From contig MU063211.1 in the NCBI GenBank assembly GCA_013265495.1, forward strand, positions 499,489 to 563,488: a stretch of DNA of 64,000 bases. The letters run 5' to 3'. The notes beneath the pieces were generated by a model, which was given only the letters and a program-made list of their open reading frames with translations, was not told the DNA's origin and searched no databases. The translations under genes and the position numbers were made by a program. This DNA comes from Vicugna vicugna (taxonomy: Eukaryota). This document shows, piece by piece, positions 10,187 to 22,043 of this stretch; the first letter of the stretch is position 1, and each line of letters begins with the position of its first letter.

Positions 10187-10949
10187 GGCTGATGGGCCAG
10201 GGCTCCCCAGGGACAGGAGAGGGAGGGCAGGAAGTGTGGGGGCACACCCCGTGTCTGGGGTGACCAGAGCCAGGATGAGGACACACAAACTCAGGGCTAG
10301 TGGCTCCCGGCTCCGGCCCTGCCAGGGCTGCAGGACATCCATGAGCGATGAAGCAGGACCTCCAGCACCTTCCTGCCCCACCCCACGCTTGGCCCTTTGA
10401 AGTATGTGCGCTGGACAGAACCTGGATGCTTTGAGGTCCACCAGGCGTGGCGCCAGGGACCAGAGGAGCCACCAGAGCAGTGGGCCCCAGGGGAGGGCTC
10501 TTCCGGCCCACACCTCATCAGGGGTCCGCACAGAGCCCAGACCCTGGAGTCTGACCCCCAGGCCTGAACCCCAGTCCAGCCCCTCACTGGGCAAGTTCAA
10601 GGTCAAGGCGACACTGGTAGTAACAGGGAAACCTCAGGAAGCCCTACCCAGCAGGGCCCCAGCCGCTCTGCCTCCGGCCCCCATGGCCGGGCTCTGTGCG
10701 CCCAGGTCTCCACGGGGCACCTCGGTTTCCTCACAGGTGCTGGGAACCCCTGGGGGCGGGGCTGATGGGCACCCGACAGTCTGCGGGTGCAGCCCTCACA
10801 GACGGCACACTCGGCGGAGGCCTCCTGCTCCCCTGGAAGCCAGAGTCCTGTCCTCAGCTCCTGAGCCTCTCACCTCAGTGTCCCCCCAGGAGCCCGGGTC
10901 AAGGCGGGGCCCACTGTGCCCCCCGAGGGCCGCTCCAAAGAGGCGGGGA

Positions 10950-11104
10950 GTCTCGAAACTGCAGATTCTGTTTATTGGGTAGAAGGGGGAGCCCTAAGGA
11001 GATGTCCTGTGGAGAATGGGGGTCGGGGAGGTACAGGGCCAGGAGGGTCGTGAGTCTGGACAACTCGGGAGTTGGGGCGCCAAGGCCTGCTGCTCCAGCT
11101 CAAC
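10950..11104 (-). other. LCN15: Putative non-coding last exon (exon 7) of LCN15 with polyA signal AATAAA at 10976-10971
   Basis: Minus-strand acceptor cgcctttcccgtctgtgcag|GTTGAG at 11104 and canonical AATAAA. Exon 6 has an unused GTGAG donor at 12567, after the stop codon. Confidence 0.7.
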
Positions 11105-11974
11105 CTGCACAGACGGGAAAGGCGTGTTCACTTCTCAGACACCCTTGCTGCAGCAGGGTGTCCCACCCCACTTACTCATCACCCAGAAGGCCAGTCCCAG
11201 CACCAGCGCTGCCCCTTCCCTGGGGTCCTGGGACCCCAAACACACTTCCCAGGGCCTCGTTCACCCCCAGCTGGTGGTGAGGGGGCTGGCATGGAGGGAA
11301 AGCCCCAGCAGAGCCACTAAACCACGACAAAGCCCACAGACTCAGCACCTGATGGGGGGCACCTGTCTCCCAAAGTTGCTTTTTCTTTTTTAAGCTAAGC
11401 CTGAGGGGTGGGGCCCAGAGCAGGAAGACAGGGCTCCCACTCTCCACAGTTAGAACCTTCCTGGGGACGACGGGACACGATCCCCGAGCCCCTCCCCTCC
11501 CACCCGTGAGGTCTCTAAAACAAGCACACAATCGGCAGGAGACAGTGCCGGGGTCCGGGCACCATCGCGGACGCCCATGAGCTGCGGCAGCCCTCGGGTC
11601 CCAGCACAGCGCAGGGCACACCCAGGCCAGCCAGGGAAGGCTGAGGGATGCCGCCTGCCGGCCACGCAGAAAGCCCCACGGAGCAAACACCCAACCAGAC
11701 ACACGTGACCGTCACATGGTGTCTGTTATTTATCCTTTCATGTAGGTTCCCAAGTTCTTCACGATGAACTTGGGTGATGGTTTCCAGGTGTCTACTTCGG
11801 GAAAATGTGTCCCACCCAAGAGCCCACCTGCATCCGTGTCCCAAGGGCTCCCAGGGACCCAGCCCTGTGACAGCAGCAAACAAGAAGAAGGTGGTTCCCA
11901 CCTCATGGGACCCTGAGGGAGAGGATGAGCACCCAGGGATCCCCAGGCCAGGCCCCGTGCCCGGGGACACAGAA

Positions 11975-12370
11975 TGTACAGGATTGGATGTGTCCCCAAA
12001 ATTCAAGTCCACTTGGAACTCTGAATATGACCTTATTTGGAAACAGGGGTTTTGCAAAGATGTAATTAGTTAAGGATCTCGAGATGAGGTACCCCTGGAT
12101 TTAGGGTGAGCCCCACACCCAATGACTGGTGTCCTTATAAGAGGGAAACCCGGCTGTGTGGCAGTGGAGGCGGAGAAGGGGGGCGCCCACAGGCCTAGGA
12201 TCACCAGCACCAGAAGCTGAAGGAGGCATGGATGCTCCCCTGTGGACTCCAGAAGGAACCAGGCTGCCCACCCTTGACTTTGGACCTCTGGCCTCCAGAC
12301 TGTGAGAATAAACTTCTGCTGTGTTAAGACCCCAGTTTGTGGTCATTTGTTATGCAGCCTTAGGTAATCA
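11975..12370 (+). mobile_element. MLT1-type MaLR solo LTR in the last intron of LCN15 (antisense to the gene)
   Basis: tgtacaggattggatgtgtccccaaaattca...atatgaccttatttggaaacaggg...gatgtaattagttaagg...gtccttataagagg...ccagaaggaacc...ttggacctctggcctccagactgtgagaataaacttctgctgtgttaag...gtttgtggtcatttgttatgcagcc. Confidence 0.85.
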
Positions 12371-12599
12371 GGAGAGGCTCCCTGGAAGAGGTGGTGTGCG
12401 AGGTGAGGCCTGAAGCACAAAAGTGAGTGTGCAGGCAAAACCATGGATGCTGAGGGGTGGGGATCTGCACCTGCAGACCTCGAGAGATGAGAGGGCAGGG
12501 GACGTGGTGAGAAGCAGGCCAAGAAGTGCCCTGGAGAACCAGAGGGAGGAATGACCCTGGCCCTCACCTGGGAAGAGCCAAGGTGGGTCTCCAGCAATG

Positions 12600-14862
12600 T
12601 CATGGTGCATCCTTGCCGCCGGGGGAGCACGCATCTGTAGAAAGATAGGTGGTCCGTGAGAGGCTGAGCTTGCCAGGACTGCCCACAGCTTCCTACCACC
12701 CCCAGCCCCCCAGAGGGTGGGGCTGAAAAATTCTCCCGCCCTGGCTGCCCAAAACCTGTCCCTTTTGTGTGTTGAGGGGAAGAGAGAGGTGTGAAGAAAA
12801 GTAGCTGGGGGGACCGCCAACCCACCCTCAGAAGAGAAAACCATCTGGTGCCTCCCCTTCCCAGAACTAGGGGCGCGGAGCTGGGGCGGGGCTTGGCAGA
12901 GGGCGGGGAAGGCGGGCGTGGCTTTGGGCAGAGGGCGGGNNNNNNNNNNNGGGGCTTGACGGAGGGTGTGGTTGGTGCGGGGGCTTGGCAGGGTACCTGA
13001 CTTGGGCAGCGTGACCCTCATGGCATCGGGGAGTCCCACGGTCAGGTAGAAGTCCTGGAAGGCCTTCATGGCCTGGGGACTCGCTTCCTGGGTCCGGCCT
13101 GGGGCGGTGCAGGGGCGCCTGTGAATCCCCGTGGCTCACAGAGGTGAGAGGGAAAAGGGACTGGGGGTCTCCCGGTCTCACTACACTTTCTTAAAGGCTG
13201 ACAACAGGTCTGCCACCCGCAGTTGGGCAGGTTGAGGACTGCATGAAAGTGTCCGCCGGGCTGAGGCACCAGTGGGGGCTGGAAGCTGCCCAGTGGGGCC
13301 CCTTTTGTAATTCATGCAAGGGCATCTGGGAGGTTGGGGTGGCCCAGATGTCCTCTGGGACCATGTTTCCCGGGGCCCCACCCCCTTCAAGCATCATTAC
13401 CTGCAGCTCATGAAGCCAGCCTCCAGCTTTCACCCCAGCCTCTCCCCTTGGGCCAGCTCACCTGGCCAAGCCCCCCAGAAATTAAAGCAAAATAGGATCT
13501 CAGCCCCAGCTCAGGGTGTCAGACAGTAAGTCGGGCAGGGGAGGGTGGGTTCCCAGCCAGAGAGGGGTATGAGCTTTGGCCTGAGTGCCCAGCCCTCAGA
13601 GGCACCTCCCGTCAACCCCTACCCACCCAAAACACTTCGGGGTCCTGCCACCCTGTCCCAGACCTGGTTTTTGCAGGGGCCCAGACTTGGGAGTGTGTGA
13701 TGAGGTGGGGCAGGGGAGGAGGTGGGGGCAGGTCCTGAAGGCGGGGCCCTGGTGGGGGGTGATAGGGGCTCCATGGGGATGGTGGGCAGCTGGGGACCCT
13801 CACTGTAGAGCTGCACCATGGTGCTGAGGGCCCCCTCCAGCTCCTTGTAGATGTAGACCACGGCGAAGGAGCTGTAGTCCGTGTCCACGATGCGCACGTC
13901 CAGGTAGCCCAAAGCTGCAGAGGAGGTGCTGGTCATGGAGAAGGACACGGGGCCAACCCTGACCCACACCAGCCTCTGCTTCAGGGAGGGAATGAGGAAG
14001 GGGTGGGGCAGGAGATGGAGGGGGTTTGTGGGAGGGTCCCGGGCAAAAGGACAGTCCTGTGTCACCCCCAGGAGAAGGGGGTGCAGGGCACATACCGGGG
14101 ACTCGGAAGTGCCCTTGGGAGCCTGTCCTCAGGTACTCAGCATCCACCTGGTTACAGCCATCAGCCCTGGGGGCGCACAGCCCATGCTCACTCTCGGCCC
14201 CGCCCACCCCACCCACCCTGGCTGCGGCCACACCCACAGGGCTCACCTGGGGAACTCCATGTGGACGCTGAGGTTGCCCTCCTCTGTGGCGTTGATCTCC
14301 CTGGTGGACATCAGCAGGTGGTCCTTCTTGCCCCAGAAGACCTTGCAGTCAGAGACCATGGAGACCACATACCAGAGGCCTGAGAACTGCAGGACAGCTC
14401 GGTGACAGGCAGGCTGGACCCTCCTGGCCCCGGGACCCTGGGGCACAATGCCAGGCGGCCAGGGGGCCTCCAGAGTGTCCATCTCTTGGGTCTGAGCCCC
14501 TGTTCTGCCACTCGCCTGGGACAGGTCCCATGGCCATTGTGAGCTTCAGTTGTGCCAACTGTGAAGTGGGTCAGTAATCACAGACCAGGTTGTTTCAGGA
14601 TTAAGTGCAGAGGGACTCTAAAGGGCTTCCTGGCCCCAGGCACAGAGCAAGTGCTCCGAGGAGGCAGCAGCTACTATCCCCACGTGGTCGCCGTTGTCTC
14701 CAGCAGGGACTCAGCCCACACCCCACCCACGGCACAGCACGGGGCCTCCAATACCTTTTTGGCATCAAAATCTGGCTGCAGCAGGACCTCGGCCTGAGCA
14801 GCAGACACCTGGAGCAGCGCCAGGACACAGCTCAGCAGAGCGGCCCTCATCCACACGCCCAT
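12600..14862 (-). CDS. LCN15: Lipocalin 15, 6 coding exons, 184 aa from ATG 14850 or 188 aa from in-frame ATG 14862
   Basis: Exons 14850(14862)-14755, 14386-14247, 14166-14096, 13914-13804, 13098-12997, 12634-12600 (96+140+71+111+102+35 = 555 nt). Protein MRAALLSCVLALLQVSAAQAEVLLQPDFDAKK-FSGLWYVVSMVSDCKVFWGKKDHLLMSTREI...DGCNQVDAEYL...LDVRIVDTDYSSFAVVYIYKELEGALSTMVQLYSRTQ...DACSPGGKDAP*. Matches human LCN15. Confidence 0.96.
12940..12950. other. Assembly gap (11 N) in LCN15 intron 5, flanked by G-rich repeated sequence
   Basis: Run of n at 12940-12950; both flanks repeat ggggcttggcagagggcgggg-like units. Confidence 0.99.
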
Positions 14863-14908
14863 CCTCTGGCCCACGGTCCCGAGTCCACGCGAACCCCGCC
14901 GGCCTGGC

Positions 14909-14914
14909 TTTATA
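14909..14914 (-). promoter_or_regulatory. LCN15: TATA box of LCN15
   Basis: Minus-strand GCTATAAAG about 47 nt upstream of ATG 14862. Confidence 0.8.
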
Positions 14915-15739
14915 GCGCCGCCCTCCAGAAGGGCTCAGCCACGAGCAGGCTGGGGAGCGGAAGGCACCTTGGCTCCACAAACCCCAGCGCCTCTTTGTCC
15001 ATTGTTTGGCACAATCGCTCAAGTGTCTCCACAGGCCCCAGGGGTCACTTCCTGGAGGGCTCTCACCTGACTCACACTGTGCGCACCTCCGTCCACCTGC
15101 AGCCTGGCTGAGGCGGGGCCCCGGGGCCCTTGGGGTGCTGCTGGGAAGCAGTCCCCCAGAGCCCCACCCCTCACCTCCCTACACAGGAGTGGACCCACCA
15201 TTGGCCAGGGCTCTGGACCTTGTCTCAGGGCAGAGCCTGGGCCAATTCAGTTGTGACAGAGGTGATGTCAGAGACCTGGGCACCCCTCACTGCAGACCCC
15301 CGGCTGGGCCTCCCGCAAGCCCACATGGAGGGTGGGGCCAGGCTGCCACTCAGGGCAGATTATGGTCTCGTGGCCACCTTATCAGTGGTTGCATAAGCGT
15401 GTGGACCAGAGTGTCGCCGGGGAGGCGCCAAGGGCTGGTGGAGGCTGAGGCCGGCAAGACCTCTCCAGGTGACCTCTCCTGTCCACTCCAACAGGGCACC
15501 ACAGGGACACTATCTAAGGAGCAGTGTGTGACCTCGGGGCACACTCCAGGCAGAGGTGGGGGTCCCCAGCCCCAAAGCCAGCTGTGGGCTCTGGAGTGGA
15601 AGTGGGCACAGGATCAGAGGAAGACTCCAACCCCAGAGGGCGGGGCAGAGCTGAGGGCGCACGCCTGCCGCCTCCACTCGGTCTCGGGAGGCGCCAGCTC
15701 TCAACCAGGACCCCGAGTCATTGGATAGAATGCCACGAA

Positions 15740-16548
15740 AGCCTTTTGATGAGAACATTTACAAACTGCACATTTGATAAAGGACTTAAGCCCTCAATCT
15801 ATAGAGAACTCTCGTGACACAATAAAAAAAAACAGACTAAAGATTTGAAAAGATTTGCAGGTGGCAAATATGCAGAGAGAGAGGCTCGCGGGTGTTGCGG
15901 CGAAACGCAGACTGAAACTGTGCCGAGATGCCACTGCACACCAGCAGGACAGGGACTCCATTTCTAACCCGAGACTGTCCCTGCCAGGGTGGGGAGAACC
16001 CCGCCGAATGGTCCAGCAGTTTCCCATGAAGGCAAACATTAACCACACGGCTGGACTGTCACACACCCAGCAACTTACCCAGGAGAAATGAAACACACAC
16101 TGACCCGCCTGTGGCTGGTCCCGGGACCTTCTTGACAATCCCTGAGAAACGGAAATGACCAAATGCCGTTCAGCAGGGGACGGATGAACCACTCACTGCT
16201 CCCCGTGTGATGAGACCTTTGAAAGGCGGAAACACCGACTCACACGTCACAATTCGGATGACACCCCAAATGCGTTACACTGAGTGAGAGAAGCCAGTCT
16301 GTAAGGCCTGCAGACTTGGTTCCTTTCCTTGGGTGTTCCAGAACAGGCAAACCTGCGGGGACGGAGAGCTGTCCCACATTGCCTGGGACGTGGCGGGAGG
16401 GGCTGAGGACAAAGTGGCCCGTGGAGACTTCTGGGGTGATGGACTGTGCTGGTTACAGGACTGTCTGTGCTCGTCTAAACTTGCGGATCCGCACATCAAA
16501 GAGGGTGAACACTACTGTACGTAAACTATGCCCCAATTTTTTAAAAGT
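15740..16548 (+). mobile_element. Old L1M 3' fragment (end of ORF2 plus 3' UTR)
   Basis: catttgataaaggactt...tatagagaactc...ggatgaacc...gttacactgagtgagagaagccagtc...aacaggcaaacct...ctggggtgatgg...actgtacgtaaactatgccccaatttttt resembles L1MB/MC 3' ends. Confidence 0.65.
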
Positions 16549-17325
16549 GTGTGTATAGCTACAATATATGTGTATACATACACTGCATAAACTCTTTCCC
16601 CAAGTGCCACCTCTTGGGATGAGGGACAGGGAGGCCAAAAGGACCACCAAGTCCACAGGCGACACACCCAAGGCTCCCAGGGAAGAGTGGGGGCGGAGTG
16701 CGGTGCAGGACAGACTGGACCTCCAACCACAGGACTACTGGGCGAGAGCAAGCAAGGGCCAAGTGACGGGTCACCGCGGCCTGCAGATCCCCTGAGGACC
16801 CTCAGAGGTGCGGGGCAGCACCTACCTTGCAGAGGACACACCCAACACCAGAATTTGCCCAGCCTTGGTCAGGGGACTCTCCACCAGAAATCTGGGGTGT
16901 CTGACCATCTCCTGGCCTCCCACTCCCCCCTCATCCCCCAAACCCACTCTCCACGCAGTGACCCACACAAACCTTGTACAGCATAAATCTTCCACACCCC
17001 GATTGAAATCCTCTTGTGTCATCGTGGCACCCAGCGCAAACCCGCACCAGACCACCACGTGCATCAGCCAGGCCTCCGGCCTGCACCTTCCGGCCCAGCA
17101 GCCCTCTGGTCCCTCCCAGCACCCCCACTGGAGCTGCCTGCTCCCTGGGCTCCGTCTCGCCTCGGCCTCCCCCAAGCAACGTCCCCCAAGCAACGTCCCC
17201 CAAACCCCTGTCTTCTGTCTCCTGGCCACTTGAGCGTAATCCAAACGCTCTCCCGTGTCTGTTGTCTGCTCTGCCCGCACGCACTGCACACTCCGTGACA
17301 GCAGGAGCTGGACCAGCCTGTTGCT

Positions 17326-17493
17326 GGACTATTGGCCTCTGTTCCCCTGGCCCAGAGAGGGGCTCATTAATATCTGGGAATGAAGTCGCTTTGACCAGCA
17401 GGACCTATTGGCCTCTGTTCCCCTGGCCCAGAGTGGGGGCCTGGCGTTGGAGGGGCTCATTAATATCTGGGAATGAAGTCGCTTTGACCAGCA
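17326..17493. repeat. Near-identical tandem duplication (75 bp plus 93 bp copies)
   Basis: Copy 1 is 17326-17400 and copy 2 is 17401-17493. They are identical apart from a 1-nt indel and about 17 extra nt (tgggggcctggcgttgg) in copy 2. Confidence 0.95.
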
Positions 17494-18496
17494 GGTCTAC
17501 TAAACTGGGACCTTCCCAGCACATCACCACATTTGCTTCAAAGAAGAGGCTTCCCCCTTCCACAGGGGTTTGGGGAACGTCTTCCCATGAAAGAGAGAAG
17601 CAACAGTGACAAAAGGGCGTTCAGGCCTGGTCCAGACACCTCAGGAGGGAAAGCGGTCTGGCCAGATGTCCTCTGCTCCAGTTCCGGGAAACCTTAAGCT
17701 GATAAACAGCGGTCTGTAGATGGTTTACATGAGAAGCCAAATACTATTATTATCTAAGCATCAGCCAAAGGTGGGGAGTCACAGCCAGTCAGTCCCAGTG
17801 CTCCCGCACTGAGACAGCACAGGGCCCTCGGTGGGTGTCTCAGCCGGTTTCTCCCAGTGACGTCAGCAGTAAACAGCTCCTTAAGCCACTTGGTGGTGAT
17901 ACTTTGAAAGACACCCACTCCAACAAATAGCGCCCCTCTTTCACTTCGGGTTCAAGGGAACCAGTCGCACCACGCTGCAGCACCAACAGTGACTTCTGAT
18001 CGCACCGCACCTGGTGAGGTTGCCCCGCACCTCCGGCCCACCCAGAGGAGCCCGGGGCCTCTTCTCCAGTGCTCTGGGAAGGAGCAGGTGCTGGGAACGG
18101 CTGTTCCATCACCCCGTGTCTCCACCCATTGCCCTGTGCCTCCCCCATCACCCCACATCTCCCCGTCAGCCCCTTGCTCCAGGAATGAACGTCCCAGCCA
18201 GCACCCCCGTTGACGGGGGGCGTGCATTTTACTTTAGGAGCATCTGCGCCACTTTAATTTCTGTGTGGAACATATGTTATTTTCATTAACAAGCAATAAG
18301 CAATTTTTCTTTCAGGAAAGCAATTTTAACTACCATCCTGACCTCCCCATTGGGCTCCAGATTCACACATCCCACTCTCCTGTCTCCAGACATCTCAGAT
18401 CCAACAGAGTCCAAAGCACCTCCTGGTGCCACCCGCCAGCGCCACCTGCACTCCGCGCCCACTGCTGTGCCCACCTGTGCTCAGGGCGAGCACCTG

Positions 18497-19100
18497 TGTT
18501 GCTGGTGGAGGCAACCGGTGTTCCAGGTTGTTGTTCCAGCCCAGAAAGAACTCAGAGACAAGACGTAGTGGTTAAAAAAGTAAAGTGAGAATTTATTAAA
18601 GGATGGACGGCACACTCTCAAGGGGAGAGCGGGCAGGCTCAGGTGAGCAGCTGCCTTGTGTTTCTCTGGCAAGTTGGTTACCCAGGGTGTAAAAATGAAT
18701 GGGTGGAATATTCATTGGGGAGGGAAGGGCTTGGGGTCATATTCCCTGATTATCATCTCAACTCCACCTTCCCAAAGAGAGAAGTGATCTTTGTCCTTAG
18801 TCTGGATCAGAAGCGTCCTGGGTCAGTGCTTGATGGGGACTTATCTGCAAGGCTAACATTTTTGAAACGAGGGCATAATGAGCAAAAGGTTACATTTGCA
18901 TACTGGAAACTGCTGCCTTTTCTCACCTTTCTTTTTCGGTCTCCAGGCCACTTATCACCCGAAAAGGTGTGACCACTTATCAGCCCAGAGGTTCCTGCTT
19001 TTCTTTCTCTGCCCAGGGACCCCGGTGCTTACATGATGTGTGGTTCCCTGCATTTGGCCTGTGCCCCTCCTTTCTGCCCATTCCTCCCATTTGGCCTACA
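18497..19100 (-). mobile_element. Probable ERV1-class solo LTR
   Basis: TG...CA termini on the minus strand (TGTAGGCC...GCAACA), minus-strand AATAAA (plus aatttattaaag near 18590), and a plus-strand start resembling reverse-complemented MER4-group LTRs. No clear target-site duplication found. Confidence 0.6.
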
Positions 19101-19285
19101 TCCCCCTTTCTCTATCACATCCAGCTCTCTGCCTGCTCTAACACCTGGAGGCCAGCCTGGGGCCCCTTCCTTTCTCACCGGCACCTCTAACCCAATGCCA
19201 AGGCCTGTAAGTGCAGCCTCCACACACACCCCAACAGCACCCTGCACCCCAGCAGTATCTCTGCCTGATCCATGGCTGAAACACT

Positions 19286-19373
19286 ATTTTCCGTAACAGA
19301 GGCACGGGCGATTGAACCCAGGACCGTGTACACGTCGAGCACACACTCTACCACTGAGCTGTAGCCTACGCCC
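19286..19373 (-). mobile_element. Short tRNA-derived SINE (Vic-1-like head)
   Basis: Minus strand gggcgtaggctacagctcagtggtagagtgtgtgctcgacgtgtacacggtcctgggttcaatcgcccgtgcctc. Confidence 0.8.
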
Positions 19374-20219
19374 GAAACACTTTCTAAACCTCAGCAGATG
19401 CATTCCTGGAAGGCCGACCCCTACCAGGCAGGACAGCCAGAGGTCCGTGGGGCTGAGACTCCTGCGTGGATCCACCAGTGCCTTCCCACCGCAATCAGAG
19501 CATGGAGGGCCCACCAGGGTACAGGACACAGCAGGCTGTGGCTGGCGACCTGACCTTGTAGCCCGCCCCTTGCCTGCTGCCCTCAGATCCAGCCACCAGG
19601 GCCTCCTGAAGTTCATGCAAATAGGCCACTGAGTCCCACACAGCGGCTCACGTTTGAGGGTTCTCCCTGAGGGCCTCCCGAGGGGCGCGGGGGCGCGCGC
19701 GCGCACGCACACTGTGCCGGCCCCTCTGTATCCCCCTCCCCGTTCCGTTTCCCGATCTCCTCCCAGGTCTGTCTTCCTCTCTGCTTTACGAGGGCTAGGC
19801 CTCTGACTCCTCCGGGGGACCGCCAGCTCCTAGCGCAGAACTGGCACCAAGTGTGCACTTAGACTACTTTGGAATGAACTTGCTAAATCACCTGTGGCTG
19901 CACCACTATCCCGTGGTCGTTTCCCACAGACGTAATTCCTTAAGCAAAGCCCCTCCCCAACAAATACTAACACCCTCATTATGCCCCTCAGAGCTCGGAA
20001 ATGAGGCGGGTGACCCAGGCCGGGCCCGCGGGGAGGAGCGCGCGCCCGCAGCCTCGCCCGACCGCGCCTGGCGCCCGCTTTCTCGCCGCCGCCCCCTCGC
20101 CTAACGCCACAGGGTCGGGGCGGGGAGCGCGCGCGGCCAGCCCCGCCCCTCTCCATCCGGCCCCGCCCCACCCCGGTCCTGCGCAGGCCCGCCAGAAGGC
20201 TCCCGGCGCCCCGCCAGCA

Positions 20220-21657
<1,438 letters not shown>

Positions 21658-22037
21658 GAGTGCTACATCCGGGGCACAGAAGACCTGGGGCTGGAGGGTT
21701 CTAGAACACAGCCCTCAGGGCGTCTGCACTCCAGACGGGCCCTCCCTCCACCAAGTGTCCCCTGCACACGTACATGGCCAGGTCTGTCAAAGCTGGGCCT
21801 GCTGCTTCTGCCCAGCCTGAGCAGCCCAGGAGGTCAGACCAGGAGGCACTGTCCAGCGAGAAACATGGCGGGCACAGAGCGGTAGAGGATCGGGCCTGGC
21901 TCATGCGGACTTGGCGGCAGCAGTTCTGGGGCATGTGTTCGAGGGGACTTCTGTACCCACTGCTGCCCACACTCCCTTTCTGGCCCCTGTGTGCCCCTCA
22001 GTCCAATGTGACAGCTGCTGCTGGGGTTTGTGGGGCT

Positions 22038-22043
22038 AATAAA
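22038..22043 (+). terminator. TMEM141: TMEM141 polyA signal AATAAA
   Basis: ctaataaatgcc about 380 nt after the stop, followed by U-rich sequence. Confidence 0.8.

Noticed and set aside
9900-10606. About 200-aa minus-strand ORFs with repeated GSDW/GQTG motifs
   Set aside because: They are translations of the 17-bp minisatellite, not a repeat protein or a CRISPR array (no unique spacers, eukaryotic context).
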